Assembly (NCBI GenBank): GCA_905213875.1 | Contig: CAJMJN010000002.1 | Location: forward strand, 68,363-132,362 | Source of the DNA: an uncultured Clostridium sp. | GTDB lineage: Bacteria; Bacillota; Clostridia; TANB77; CAG-508 | Reading direction: 5' to 3' | Length of the DNA: 64,000 bases | Shown: one piece after another, positions 10,523 to 18,899 of the stretch | How the letters are laid out: each line of letters begins with the position of its first letter | How positions within the stretch are numbered: position 1 is the stretch's first letter | The notes under the pieces: generated by a model | The model's input: the letters and a program-made list of their open reading frames with translations, nothing else | What the model was told of the DNA's origin: nothing | Database searches by the model: none | Program-made: the position numbers and the translations under genes

Positions 10523-11860
10523 ATGCAGATCTTTAATAATAAATTTGTGAATTATCTATATTTACAATATAAATATAACAATAAATATTTTAGAAAATAT
10601 ATGAATACTTTAAGAAAGTATGAATATGCAAATAGGAAAGAATTAGACGATTATACATTGTATCAAATTAAAAAATTATTAGTATATGCTTATGAAAATG
10701 TAGAATTTTATAAAGATAGATTTGATGAATGTGAATTTAATCCATATACATTTAATGAAATCCAAGAAATAGAAAAAATACCAATTCTTACTAAAAAAGA
10801 AATTATTGATAATAAAGAAAAAATGATTTCAAAACAATTTCGAAATAAAAAACTAAATAAGATAACAACTGGAGGAACAACTGGTACTCCAATGGAATTT
10901 TATTTTTCTGAACAAAGTAAATATATAAGACAAGGTAACTGGGCAAAGTGGAAATTAAGTAGTAAAGTTGACTATAAATATGATAAATATTGTTATATTG
11001 GAAGGATATTGGGATCAAACAGTGCTTGGGAATATAATGGAAATATTCTACAAATAGCATCAAATCAACTATCTGTACAAAATGTAAAAAAAATCATAAA
11101 AGAAATGGAAAGGTTTCAGCCTAAATATATACAAGGGTATGCATCTGCTGTATATATTTTGGCAACAATAATAGAAAGAGAAAACATAGATATTTCTAAA
11201 ATAATGATAAAATCAATTTTAACCTCATCAGATACTATGTTTAAGGAATATAGAGAAAAAATTGAGAAAATATTTCAATGTAAAGTATATGATCATTATG
11301 GTCAAAATGAAGATTGTGTTGCAGCGACAGAATGTGATGAACATAATGGATATCATATACATGAAGAATCTACTTATATAGAAGTAGTAGATATTTATAG
11401 CAATAATAAAATATCAAGTGGAATAGGGAAAATAATAGGAACAAATTTATTCAATTATGCTATGCCATTGATAAGATATGAAATTGGTGATGTAGGAGAA
11501 ATTACTCTTGAAAAATGTAAATGTGGAAATGAACATAAAAGAATCATAAATTTCCAGGGTAGAATAGATGATATAATAAAATTGAAAGATGGAAGAAGAA
11601 TAGCAGCGGGAAGTTTAAACCAACCAATGAAATATTCTAATAATGAAATTATAGAATGTCAATATATACAAGAAAGTATGGATGAATTAGTGATAAATGT
11701 TGTTCCAGATATAAATTTTTCAGACAAAACATTGAAAACGTTTCAAGAAGAATTAGAAACATTGATAGGAAATACTCTAAATATTAAGTTTAATGTGGTA
11801 GAAAATATACCAAGAGCAAAAAATGGAAAATATAAATTTATTATTAGTAAGGTGAAATAG
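10523..11860 (+). CDS. CapK-like adenylate-forming enzyme (phenylacetate-CoA ligase / F390 synthetase family)
   Basis: ITTGGTTGTPMEFYF AMP-binding P-loop-like motif, YDHYGQNE, C-terminal KNGKYKFIIS. Confidence 0.75.
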   Translation: MQIFNNKFVNYLYLQYKYNNKYFRKYMNTLRKYEYANRKELDDYTLYQIKKLLVYAYENVEFYKDRFDECEFNPYTFNEIQEIEKIPILTKKEIIDNKEKMISKQFRNKKLNKITTGGTTGTPMEFYFSEQSKYIRQGNWAKWKLSSKVDYKYDKYCYIGRILGSNSAWEYNGNILQIASNQLSVQNVKKIIKEMERFQPKYIQGYASAVYILATIIERENIDISKIMIKSILTSSDTMFKEYREKIEKIFQCKVYDHYGQNEDCVAATECDEHNGYHIHEESTYIEVVDIYSNNKISSGIGKIIGTNLFNYAMPLIRYEIGDVGEITLEKCKCGNEHKRIINFQGRIDDIIKLKDGRRIAAGSLNQPMKYSNNEIIECQYIQESMDELVINVVPDINFSDKTLKTFQEELETLIGNTLNIKFNVVENIPRAKNGKYKFIISKVK

Positions 11861-11861
11861 T

Positions 11862-13022
11862 ATGAATATAAAAGATATAATATTAAAATATGTAAATAAA
11901 CCAGTGGATAACATAATTAGTTCTCAGACTCTTTATGAAGCATTATTTGCAAATATAAATATGTATTTAAAATATCATAATAAGGAATTTGAAAATAGAT
12001 GTAAAAATATATCACAATTAATTGTAAAAAGTCAATTGCCAGATGGAGGATTTGATATAGGATATAATTTTAGATTTGGAAATAATATGACAAAAAAATC
12101 AGAAAAAGAGTCTACAACACCAGAAGTTTTAAGTATTTATGCACTATTAAAATATTATGAGATTTTTAAGGACGAAAGTGTTGTAATGTCTATAAAAAAA
12201 GGCATGAATTGGATAGAAGAAAAAATATATGAAAAAGATGATGGAATATTTGTTATTCCTTATGCCCCATGTTCATACAGAAGTGTTCATATAACAAATG
12301 CAATATCTTTTACTGTTGCAACAATTGTGTATTATATGTATATATTTAAAGATAAACGATTAAAAAATGTATGTGACGGAATGTTAACATATATGAAAAA
12401 CGAATTAATTATAAAAGATGATATGGGATATTGGAACTACTTTGAAAAAGATATGATAGAAGAAAAAGGCTATTTGAAAACAGATAATTATCATATTGCA
12501 CAACAATTGTATTATCATATTTTGTTAGATAAATATTATGAAAATGTAAATAATAAAGAAATAATAAGATTAGTAAGTAATTATATAAAATATAAATTAA
12601 AAATTAATTTAGCAGTTCCTTATATTGAAATAGGAGAAAAAAAGACAAAAGATATCCATTCTTGGGGATATTGTTCTTTATTATTGTGTGCATTATATTT
12701 TGAAGAAAATACAACAAAAGAAGATATTAAAGAATATATTATGAAATATATGATTAAGGAAGATCATTTTTTACCAATTATAAAAAGTAATGGAGAAGTG
12801 ATAAATGATGACTATTATCCAAGATCTGATGCTTGGGTATTGCATGCATTGTCAGAATATTTATTTATGAATGAAGAAAACAAACAAGTATATGAAATAG
12901 TAAATATAGGACTTGAAAAATTAGAAAAAGTTCAATATAAAGGTTTAGAAAATCATGCATATACAATGAGAAAAAGGATATTTACAAGATGTATAGAAAT
13001 AATAAAAGGGAAAGGAAAATAG
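11862..13022 (+). CDS. Hypothetical protein, possibly an alpha/alpha-toroid fold (prenyltransferase/squalene-oxidase-repeat-like or C5-epimerase-like)
   Basis: Motifs QLPDGGFDIGY, WGYCSLLLCALYF, RSDAWVLHALSEYL. No confident family assignment is possible by eye. Confidence 0.3.
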   Translation: MNIKDIILKYVNKPVDNIISSQTLYEALFANINMYLKYHNKEFENRCKNISQLIVKSQLPDGGFDIGYNFRFGNNMTKKSEKESTTPEVLSIYALLKYYEIFKDESVVMSIKKGMNWIEEKIYEKDDGIFVIPYAPCSYRSVHITNAISFTVATIVYYMYIFKDKRLKNVCDGMLTYMKNELIIKDDMGYWNYFEKDMIEEKGYLKTDNYHIAQQLYYHILLDKYYENVNNKEIIRLVSNYIKYKLKINLAVPYIEIGEKKTKDIHSWGYCSLLLCALYFEENTTKEDIKEYIMKYMIKEDHFLPIIKSNGEVINDDYYPRSDAWVLHALSEYLFMNEENKQVYEIVNIGLEKLEKVQYKGLENHAYTMRKRIFTRCIEIIKGKGK

Positions 13023-13025
13023 TAA

Positions 13026-14204
13026 ATGAAATACTGGATTATAACAAATGAGTATTTTCCTAAAAAAGGAGGACTTGTTTCTTATACAAGAAATTTAGCC
13101 TTAGAAATAAAGAAACAAGGAAAAGATATAGAAATTGTTACATCTAATTCCAAAGATAGTGAATTAAAAGAAATAGAATATATAGAAGGGATAAAAGTGC
13201 ATAGAGTAGATTTTTCAAGAGTTCCTATAATATTACGTTTATTTTCACCTATTGTATATTATTATCGAATAAAGAAATATTTGCATAAATTAGATGTAAA
13301 ATCAGAGGATGTTGTCATATCAAGATTTTATTCTTTTGCGTTAGCGATGTGCAAAAGTAAAAATGTGAAAAAACATATTTTTATAACTCCTTTAATTGCG
13401 GAAAAATTACAAAAGATGGAAGCAAAGAAAAGTAAAGGAATAAGAAAATTATACTATTATTTTATATTACCTCAAATAAAGTTTTTAGATACACAAGCAA
13501 TTAAACACACACCATATATAGGAGTATTAAGTAAATCTAAAAGAGATGAGATTGAAAAAGAGTATAAAATTAAAAATGTAAAAATATGTGAACCAGGAAT
13601 AGACATAAATAGATTTAATATTCCAACAAAAGAAATGAAAGAAACTATTAGAAAAAACAATAAAATAGAAATTAAAGAAAAAATGTTATTATGTGTATGT
13701 AGGTTATCTCCAGAGAAGAATTTAGAAATACTAATTGAAGCAATGAAATTATTAGAAAATAAAAATATTTATCTATATATTGTAGGAGAAGGAAGATTAA
13801 AAGGAAAACTAGAAGAATTAATCGAAAAATTAAATTTGCAAAAATATGTTAAATTATTAGGAGCAAAGAATAATGTGGAAGATTACTATAAAATGGCAGA
13901 CGTATTTATTCTTCCGAGCAAATATGAAGGCTTTGGACATGTATATATAGAAGCGCTAGCAACGGGTGTTATCTCTATAGCGACAAAACAAGAAATACCC
14001 AACTGTATTACAGCTGGTGATGAAATTATTGAAAATGATAAAATTGGGGAACTGGTAAAATATGATAGTAAGGAAGATATAGCTAATAAAATAGAGAAAT
14101 GTTTTCAAAAAGCAACTGAAAATATAGAATACAGAAGAAAGTATATATTAAGTAAATATACTTGGAAAAAACATTTAGATAAAATAATGAGGAGCTTTGA
14201 ATAG
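13026..14204 (+). CDS. Glycosyltransferase family 4 (GT-B)
   Basis: FILPSKYEGFGHVYIEALATGV (EX7E motif), 392 aa. Confidence 0.85.
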   Translation: MKYWIITNEYFPKKGGLVSYTRNLALEIKKQGKDIEIVTSNSKDSELKEIEYIEGIKVHRVDFSRVPIILRLFSPIVYYYRIKKYLHKLDVKSEDVVISRFYSFALAMCKSKNVKKHIFITPLIAEKLQKMEAKKSKGIRKLYYYFILPQIKFLDTQAIKHTPYIGVLSKSKRDEIEKEYKIKNVKICEPGIDINRFNIPTKEMKETIRKNNKIEIKEKMLLCVCRLSPEKNLEILIEAMKLLENKNIYLYIVGEGRLKGKLEELIEKLNLQKYVKLLGAKNNVEDYYKMADVFILPSKYEGFGHVYIEALATGVISIATKQEIPNCITAGDEIIENDKIGELVKYDSKEDIANKIEKCFQKATENIEYRRKYILSKYTWKKHLDKIMRSFE

Positions 14205-14207
14205 ATT

Positions 14208-15437
14208 ATGGACAAAAAGAAGAATGAGAACTATAAAATATTGATACCAATACTTATATTGATTTTTTTCCCTTTTCCATCTAAAGTTTTAGGATATTCA
14301 ACGGCCTTATATATAAGCGATATGGTGTTGATAAGTTATTTATTGTTTGGAGCAATAAATAATAGATATAAGATACCACTAAATAATACAACTTATTTGT
14401 TGATAGGAATGATGGTTGTTAATATTATAGGGATAATTATAGGAGTATTGAAAGGATATGCAGAAATAAGACAATTAATGGAAATCGTAAGAACTTCGGA
14501 GTGGATAATAATATATATATATAATTATAATCTAATAAAAAGAAATCAAGAAGTAGAAACAGCTTTTTTAAAATCAATAAAAGTAATATTACTTTTATTA
14601 ATTCCTTTCGTAATAATAGAGCTATTCAATTTGCCAGGAAAAAATTTGTTGAGAAATTTTTATGAATTAAGTAAATCAGGAAATATATACCAATATTATA
14701 ATAGGATTTCAGGACCATTAAGAAACCCTAATTTTTTAGGAATATTTATGATAATTATACTTAATTTTGTATTAATATCAAATTATAAGTTAATGACAAA
14801 AGTATTATTTGCTATAATAAGTATAGGAATAATTTATTTTACAGGTTCAAGAACAGCAATCATAATTTCTATAATAACAATAATTATAACATGTTTAACT
14901 AATTTAAAAATAAATAGGTCAAGAAAAGAAATTATAAAAAGTATTATTGCTATTATAACTATTTTATTAGTATGTTTATTAGTTATTCAAAAAAACTCAA
15001 AACTATTCTATTCTGTAAGAATTAATGAATTAAAAGATGATATGGATGATTTTAGTGGAAGAAGCCAAATATGGGAAAAATATGAAAAAGATATTCAAGC
15101 AAATATTTTAGTAGGAAATGGAATTGTAAAGAGTAATGAAATAATTTTTGACAATTTGTATATACAATATATGTACTATTATGGAATAGTAGGCATTATT
15201 GTATTAATATGTTTGTTTGTAAAAAACATTGCTAAAATATATAAATTGTACATTTTAGAAAAAGATTTAAAACGAAAGAAATTTGTATTAGGAATTTTTG
15301 CAATTCAAATTATTATTATAGTTTCTGGAGTGACAATTCAGATTTTAGATTCCTTGCAAATATTCTATTTCTATATATTAGCAATGGCATATATAGATGT
15401 TAGGTACAGTAATTTGACAGATGTGAAATTAAAATAA
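14208..15437 (+). CDS. wzy: O-antigen ligase / Wzy-type polymerase family membrane protein
   Basis: About 10 TM helices, with a Wzy_C-like core (YFTGSRTAIIISIITIIIT) and a periplasmic loop. Confidence 0.7.
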   Translation: MDKKKNENYKILIPILILIFFPFPSKVLGYSTALYISDMVLISYLLFGAINNRYKIPLNNTTYLLIGMMVVNIIGIIIGVLKGYAEIRQLMEIVRTSEWIIIYIYNYNLIKRNQEVETAFLKSIKVILLLLIPFVIIELFNLPGKNLLRNFYELSKSGNIYQYYNRISGPLRNPNFLGIFMIIILNFVLISNYKLMTKVLFAIISIGIIYFTGSRTAIIISIITIIITCLTNLKINRSRKEIIKSIIAIITILLVCLLVIQKNSKLFYSVRINELKDDMDDFSGRSQIWEKYEKDIQANILVGNGIVKSNEIIFDNLYIQYMYYYGIVGIIVLICLFVKNIAKIYKLYILEKDLKRKKFVLGIFAIQIIIIVSGVTIQILDSLQIFYFYILAMAYIDVRYSNLTDVKLK

Positions 15438-15451
15438 AAAATTATATTAAT

Positions 15452-15487
15452 ATCCAAGAAACTTTTGAAGCCTTGGATTATTTTTTA
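15452..15487 (+). terminator. Rho-independent terminator ending the first capsule transcription unit
   Basis: atccaag (15452-15458) pairs with cttggat (15472-15478), followed by a T-run. Confidence 0.55.
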
Positions 15488-15523
15488 TTACAATAAAAAA
15501 GGAAAAAATAATTTATTAGGTTG

Positions 15524-15569
15524 TTGACAAAATAATATGTATGCCTTATAATATTACTTATAAGTAATA
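15524..15569 (+). promoter_or_regulatory. Consensus promoter plus palindromic operator of the toxin-antitoxin-chaperone cassette
   Basis: TTGACA (15524-15529), 17-nt spacer, TATAAT (15547-15552). The 18-bp perfect palindrome tattacttataagtaata (15552-15569) follows immediately. Confidence 0.7.
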
Positions 15570-15611
15570 ACAAAGGAGAAGGAAAATGAGAAATAGATAC
15601 ATAAGGAGTAG

Positions 15612-16043
15612 ATGAATGTGAGTGCTAAAGATGATTTTACAGCAATGCTAGAAATATTGAAATTAATGCACAATGTGGATTATGTTGAACAAGTTATAGA
15701 TGATATAAGTAAGCTTGTAAAAACGGATAAATTAGAATTCATGGATGAATTTACAAGAAATATGTCAAGAAAAAATCAGAAAAAGCATAATAGATATGAG
15801 CCTTTAATGAAACTAACAAAAAATCAAAAACGAAGATTAGATGGAAGAAAACTATATCGATACGAATATAGAAAAAATTCAAATTTTAGATGTATATATT
15901 TAGCAAAAGATGCATATAATAATATGATTATATTGTTAGCTTTTAATGAAGACGGAGACAAAAGTAAAGGAAAAGGCAATTATGATTTAAATATAGAGAA
16001 AGCTATAAAAAGATATGAAAGTTTTAAAAAGAGTATGAGGTAA
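15612..16043 (+). CDS. RelE/HigB-like toxin with an N-terminal extension (start ATG 15612 or GTG 15618)
   Basis: C-terminal core LYRYEYRKNSNFRCIYLAKDAYNNMIILLAFNEDGDKSK...IEKAIKRYESF fits the RelE/HigB/Gp49 pattern. It lies upstream of an Xre antitoxin. Confidence 0.55.
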   Translation: MNVSAKDDFTAMLEILKLMHNVDYVEQVIDDISKLVKTDKLEFMDEFTRNMSRKNQKKHNRYEPLMKLTKNQKRRLDGRKLYRYEYRKNSNFRCIYLAKDAYNNMIILLAFNEDGDKSKGKGNYDLNIEKAIKRYESFKKSMR

Positions 16044-16048
16044 AGAAT

Positions 16049-16537
16049 ATGGAAAAGGTATATATTGAAAATGTAAATAAAAGTGAAAATTTAAAAGTTA
16101 GTCGAGAAGTAAAAGAAATTTTTGATTTAAATGAAATTTATTATTCTATTTCAAAAATGATATTACAATATAGAGAAGACTATAATTTAACACAAAAAGA
16201 ATTAGCAAAAAAGTTAGAAGTAAATCAAACAATGATATCAAAAATAGAAAGTGGAAAATATAATCCTACATTTAAGCAAATATATAAAATTTCAAGCAAA
16301 TTAACACATTCGGCTGATATGTTCAAAGAAATATTAAGAAACATATTAAGGAGTTTAGATAAAGTTGATTATATTATAAATGTTAAAATGACAAAAAATA
16401 TAAATGAATACAAGTTAAAAAAGTACTATAAGAGCGATGATAAAAATAACGTGTTATATGTACAAGAATTTTACATTAATAATGAAGGAGAAAAAAACAA
16501 TGAAAGAAATACAAGCAAGTATACAATTAATGGATAG
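16049..16537 (+). CDS. Xre-family HTH antitoxin (HigA-like) with a roughly 75-aa C-terminal extension
   Basis: LTQKELAKKLEVNQTMISKIESGKYNPTFKQIYKISSKL helix-turn-helix. The aromatic-rich tail (VLYVQEFYI) overlaps the next gene. Confidence 0.8.
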   Translation: MEKVYIENVNKSENLKVSREVKEIFDLNEIYYSISKMILQYREDYNLTQKELAKKLEVNQTMISKIESGKYNPTFKQIYKISSKLTHSADMFKEILRNILRSLDKVDYIINVKMTKNINEYKLKKYYKSDDKNNVLYVQEFYINNEGEKNNERNTSKYTING

Positions 16538-16934
16538 TTATATAAAAAATTATAATCTAAATTTAAAAGGAAGATTAACAGGTGAAGAAAAAGTAGATTT
16601 AGGATGTTCTATTACTTTTGAAATTGTAAAGATAGAAAAAAAAGAAGAGAATCAGATTGGTCAAATAAAAATGAAATATCAAATTGAAATAATAAAAAAG
16701 GAAGAAATATTTGGAAGAATTGAATTAGAAATTCAAGGACTTTTTGAGACTGATAAAAATTTATCAAAAGAGGAATTTGAAAATATTTTAAAATATAATG
16801 GAGCACCCGTAATATCTAATATTGCTCGTTCATATATTATATCTAATACATCTTTAAGTGAAATGCCAACAATAAGAATTCCTTTAATTAATTTTGTTGA
16901 ATTTTTTGATAAAGCTAATAAGACAAATAAATAG
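16500..16934 (+). CDS. SecB-like chaperone
   Basis: AAGGAG RBS before ATG 16500. GRIELEIQGLFETD...ILKYNGAPVISNIARSYIISNTSLSEMPTIRIPLINFVEFF aligns by eye with E. coli SecB CEVQQGGIFSI...[36 protein letters not shown]. Confidence 0.8.
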   Translation: MKEIQASIQLMDSYIKNYNLNLKGRLTGEEKVDLGCSITFEIVKIEKKEENQIGQIKMKYQIEIIKKEEIFGRIELEIQGLFETDKNLSKEEFENILKYNGAPVISNIARSYIISNTSLSEMPTIRIPLINFVEFFDKANKTNK

Positions 16935-17048
16935 AACAAATAATATTCTTAATATTAAAATTTATGTTTGATAAAGCTCGGTTCTATATTGAATAATATA
17001 TAGAAAGGGGCTTTTATTACAATATCTTGATTTTTTTTGCTAAAAATC

Positions 17049-17077
17049 TTGCAAAAAAACAAACTTAAATGTATACT
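17049..17077 (+). promoter_or_regulatory. Promoter of the wzz / BY-kinase / phosphatase block
   Basis: TTGCAA (17049-17054), 17-nt spacer, TATACT (17072-17077). Confidence 0.55.
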
Positions 17078-17128
17078 ATAAAAGTGCAAAAAACAAAAGA
17101 AAAATAAGAAAACAATAAGGGGGAAAAA

Positions 17129-17839
17129 ATGGAAGAATTAGATTTAAAAGAATTATTTGTAATGTTTTGGAACAAAAAAGCACAAATAATATTAGTAGTA
17201 TTAATATTTATAGCAATAGGAGTAATATATACAGTAGGATTTACAACACCTAAATATAGCGCTTCAACATCGTTACTATTAGCTGGCTCAGGCTCTAGTG
17301 GAACACAAACAAATACAATAACAACAACAGATGTAACATTAAACTCTAAACTAGTTTCAACATATAGTGAATTAGTAAAAAGTAAAAATGTATTAGGACA
17401 AGTTATTTCAAATTTAAACATAAATGAAAATTATGAAACTTTAAAAAATAACATTTCAGTAACAAATGTAAAAGATACAGAAATGATAAAAATCACAGTA
17501 ACTACTGAAAATGCACAAAATGCAGCTAAAATAGCAAATGAAACAGCAAAAGTATTCATAGAAAAAGTGGCAAATGATTTTTACAACATAAATAATGTTC
17601 ATATTGTAGATGAAGCAGAAGTTAATACAACACCATCAAATATTAACCATAAAAAAGATATTTTAATATTTGCCTTTATTGGTTTAGTCATATCAGTAAT
17701 ATATGTTTTAATTGCTAATATGTTAGATACTACAATAAAAACAGCAGAAGAAGTAGAAAAAGAATATAAATTGCCTGTATTGGCTTCAATACCATTATAT
17801 GCAGGTGATGCACAAAAAGGAAAAGGAGGAAGAAGATAA
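17129..17839 (+). CDS. Wzz/CpsC/YveK-type chain-length determinant (tyrosine-kinase transmembrane modulator)
   Basis: DLKELFVMFWNKKAQIILVVLIFIAIG N-terminal TM, a periplasmic coiled region, a C-terminal TM, and a basic tail. Confidence 0.85.
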   Translation: MEELDLKELFVMFWNKKAQIILVVLIFIAIGVIYTVGFTTPKYSASTSLLLAGSGSSGTQTNTITTTDVTLNSKLVSTYSELVKSKNVLGQVISNLNINENYETLKNNISVTNVKDTEMIKITVTTENAQNAAKIANETAKVFIEKVANDFYNINNVHIVDEAEVNTTPSNINHKKDILIFAFIGLVISVIYVLIANMLDTTIKTAEEVEKEYKLPVLASIPLYAGDAQKGKGGRR

Positions 17840-18872
17840 TGAAAAGAGAATTAATAGTACATCAAGATCCAAAATCTCCAATTTCTGAAGTGTTTAGAAC
17901 ATTAAGAACTAATATTCAATTTATGAATACTAAAGGAAAATTGAAACGATATTAGTAACATCAACTTTACCAGGTGAAGGTAAAAGCTGGGTATCATCAA
18001 ACTTAGCAGTAACTTTTGCTCAAGCAGGTAAAAAAGTTGTATTAATAGATGCAGATATGAGAAAAGGAAGACAATATTCAATATTTGAAGTTTCACCAAG
18101 ACCAGGGCTTTCAAATTATTTATCAGGAATAGATGAAACTAATGACGAAAATAAGGAATTAGATTTAGCAGACTACATACAAGAAACAGATGTAGAAAAT
18201 TTATACTTGATAGCAGCAGGTAATATTCCACCAAATCCAGCAGAACTTTTAATTGCTCCACAAATGGTTGATTTATTAGAACAATTAAAAGAAATATGTG
18301 ATATTGTTATAATAGATGGAACACCAAGCCAATTAGTTACAGATGCTTTGATATTAACAAGATTAGTTGATTCAACATTAATTGTAACTGCCAGTAAGCA
18401 AACTAAGAAAGAGGATTTAAAAAGAATTATTGCTAATATTCAACAAGTAGGCGGAAAAATTGCTGGGGTAGTTGTAAATAAAATGCCAATGAATGCTAAA
18501 AAATATGAACAATCATATTATTATGGTTCTACTTCTATGTCAAGAACAAAAAACAATAATAGAACAGCACAAAGAAGTGCATCAAGAACGACAACTAAGA
18601 GACAAAATAGAGAAATGTATAATAGAGCTTCAAATTTAATGGCTCAAAGTGGAAATAGAAAAATAAGTAGCAAACAAGAAATAGCAGATATTAAGCAAAA
18701 TCAAGATATGGAAGCAAACAGCAAGACATATGAACAAACAGATGAAATACCAACAGCATTACAAAATAAAATAAAAATAGAGAATAAAGAAGAAATATCA
18801 ACTGAAAAGACACAAGAGATATTAAATCAAATAAATCAATATCTAGATGAAGAAAAGAAAAAAATGAATTAA
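17839..18872 (+). pseudogene. CpsD/CapB-type BY tyrosine kinase with a 1-nt frame break in an A-run (17934-17950)
   Basis: Frame 1: MKRELIVHQDPKSPISEVFRTLRTNIQFMNTKGKLKRY* (stop 17953-17955). The -1 frame continues TILVTSTLPGEGKSWVSSNLAVTFAQAGKKVVLIDADMRKG (Walker A and A'), then the Tyr cluster YYY (18516-18524). Confidence 0.85.
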
Positions 18873-18899
18873 TAAGGGGAACAAAAGGAGAAAAAGTCA

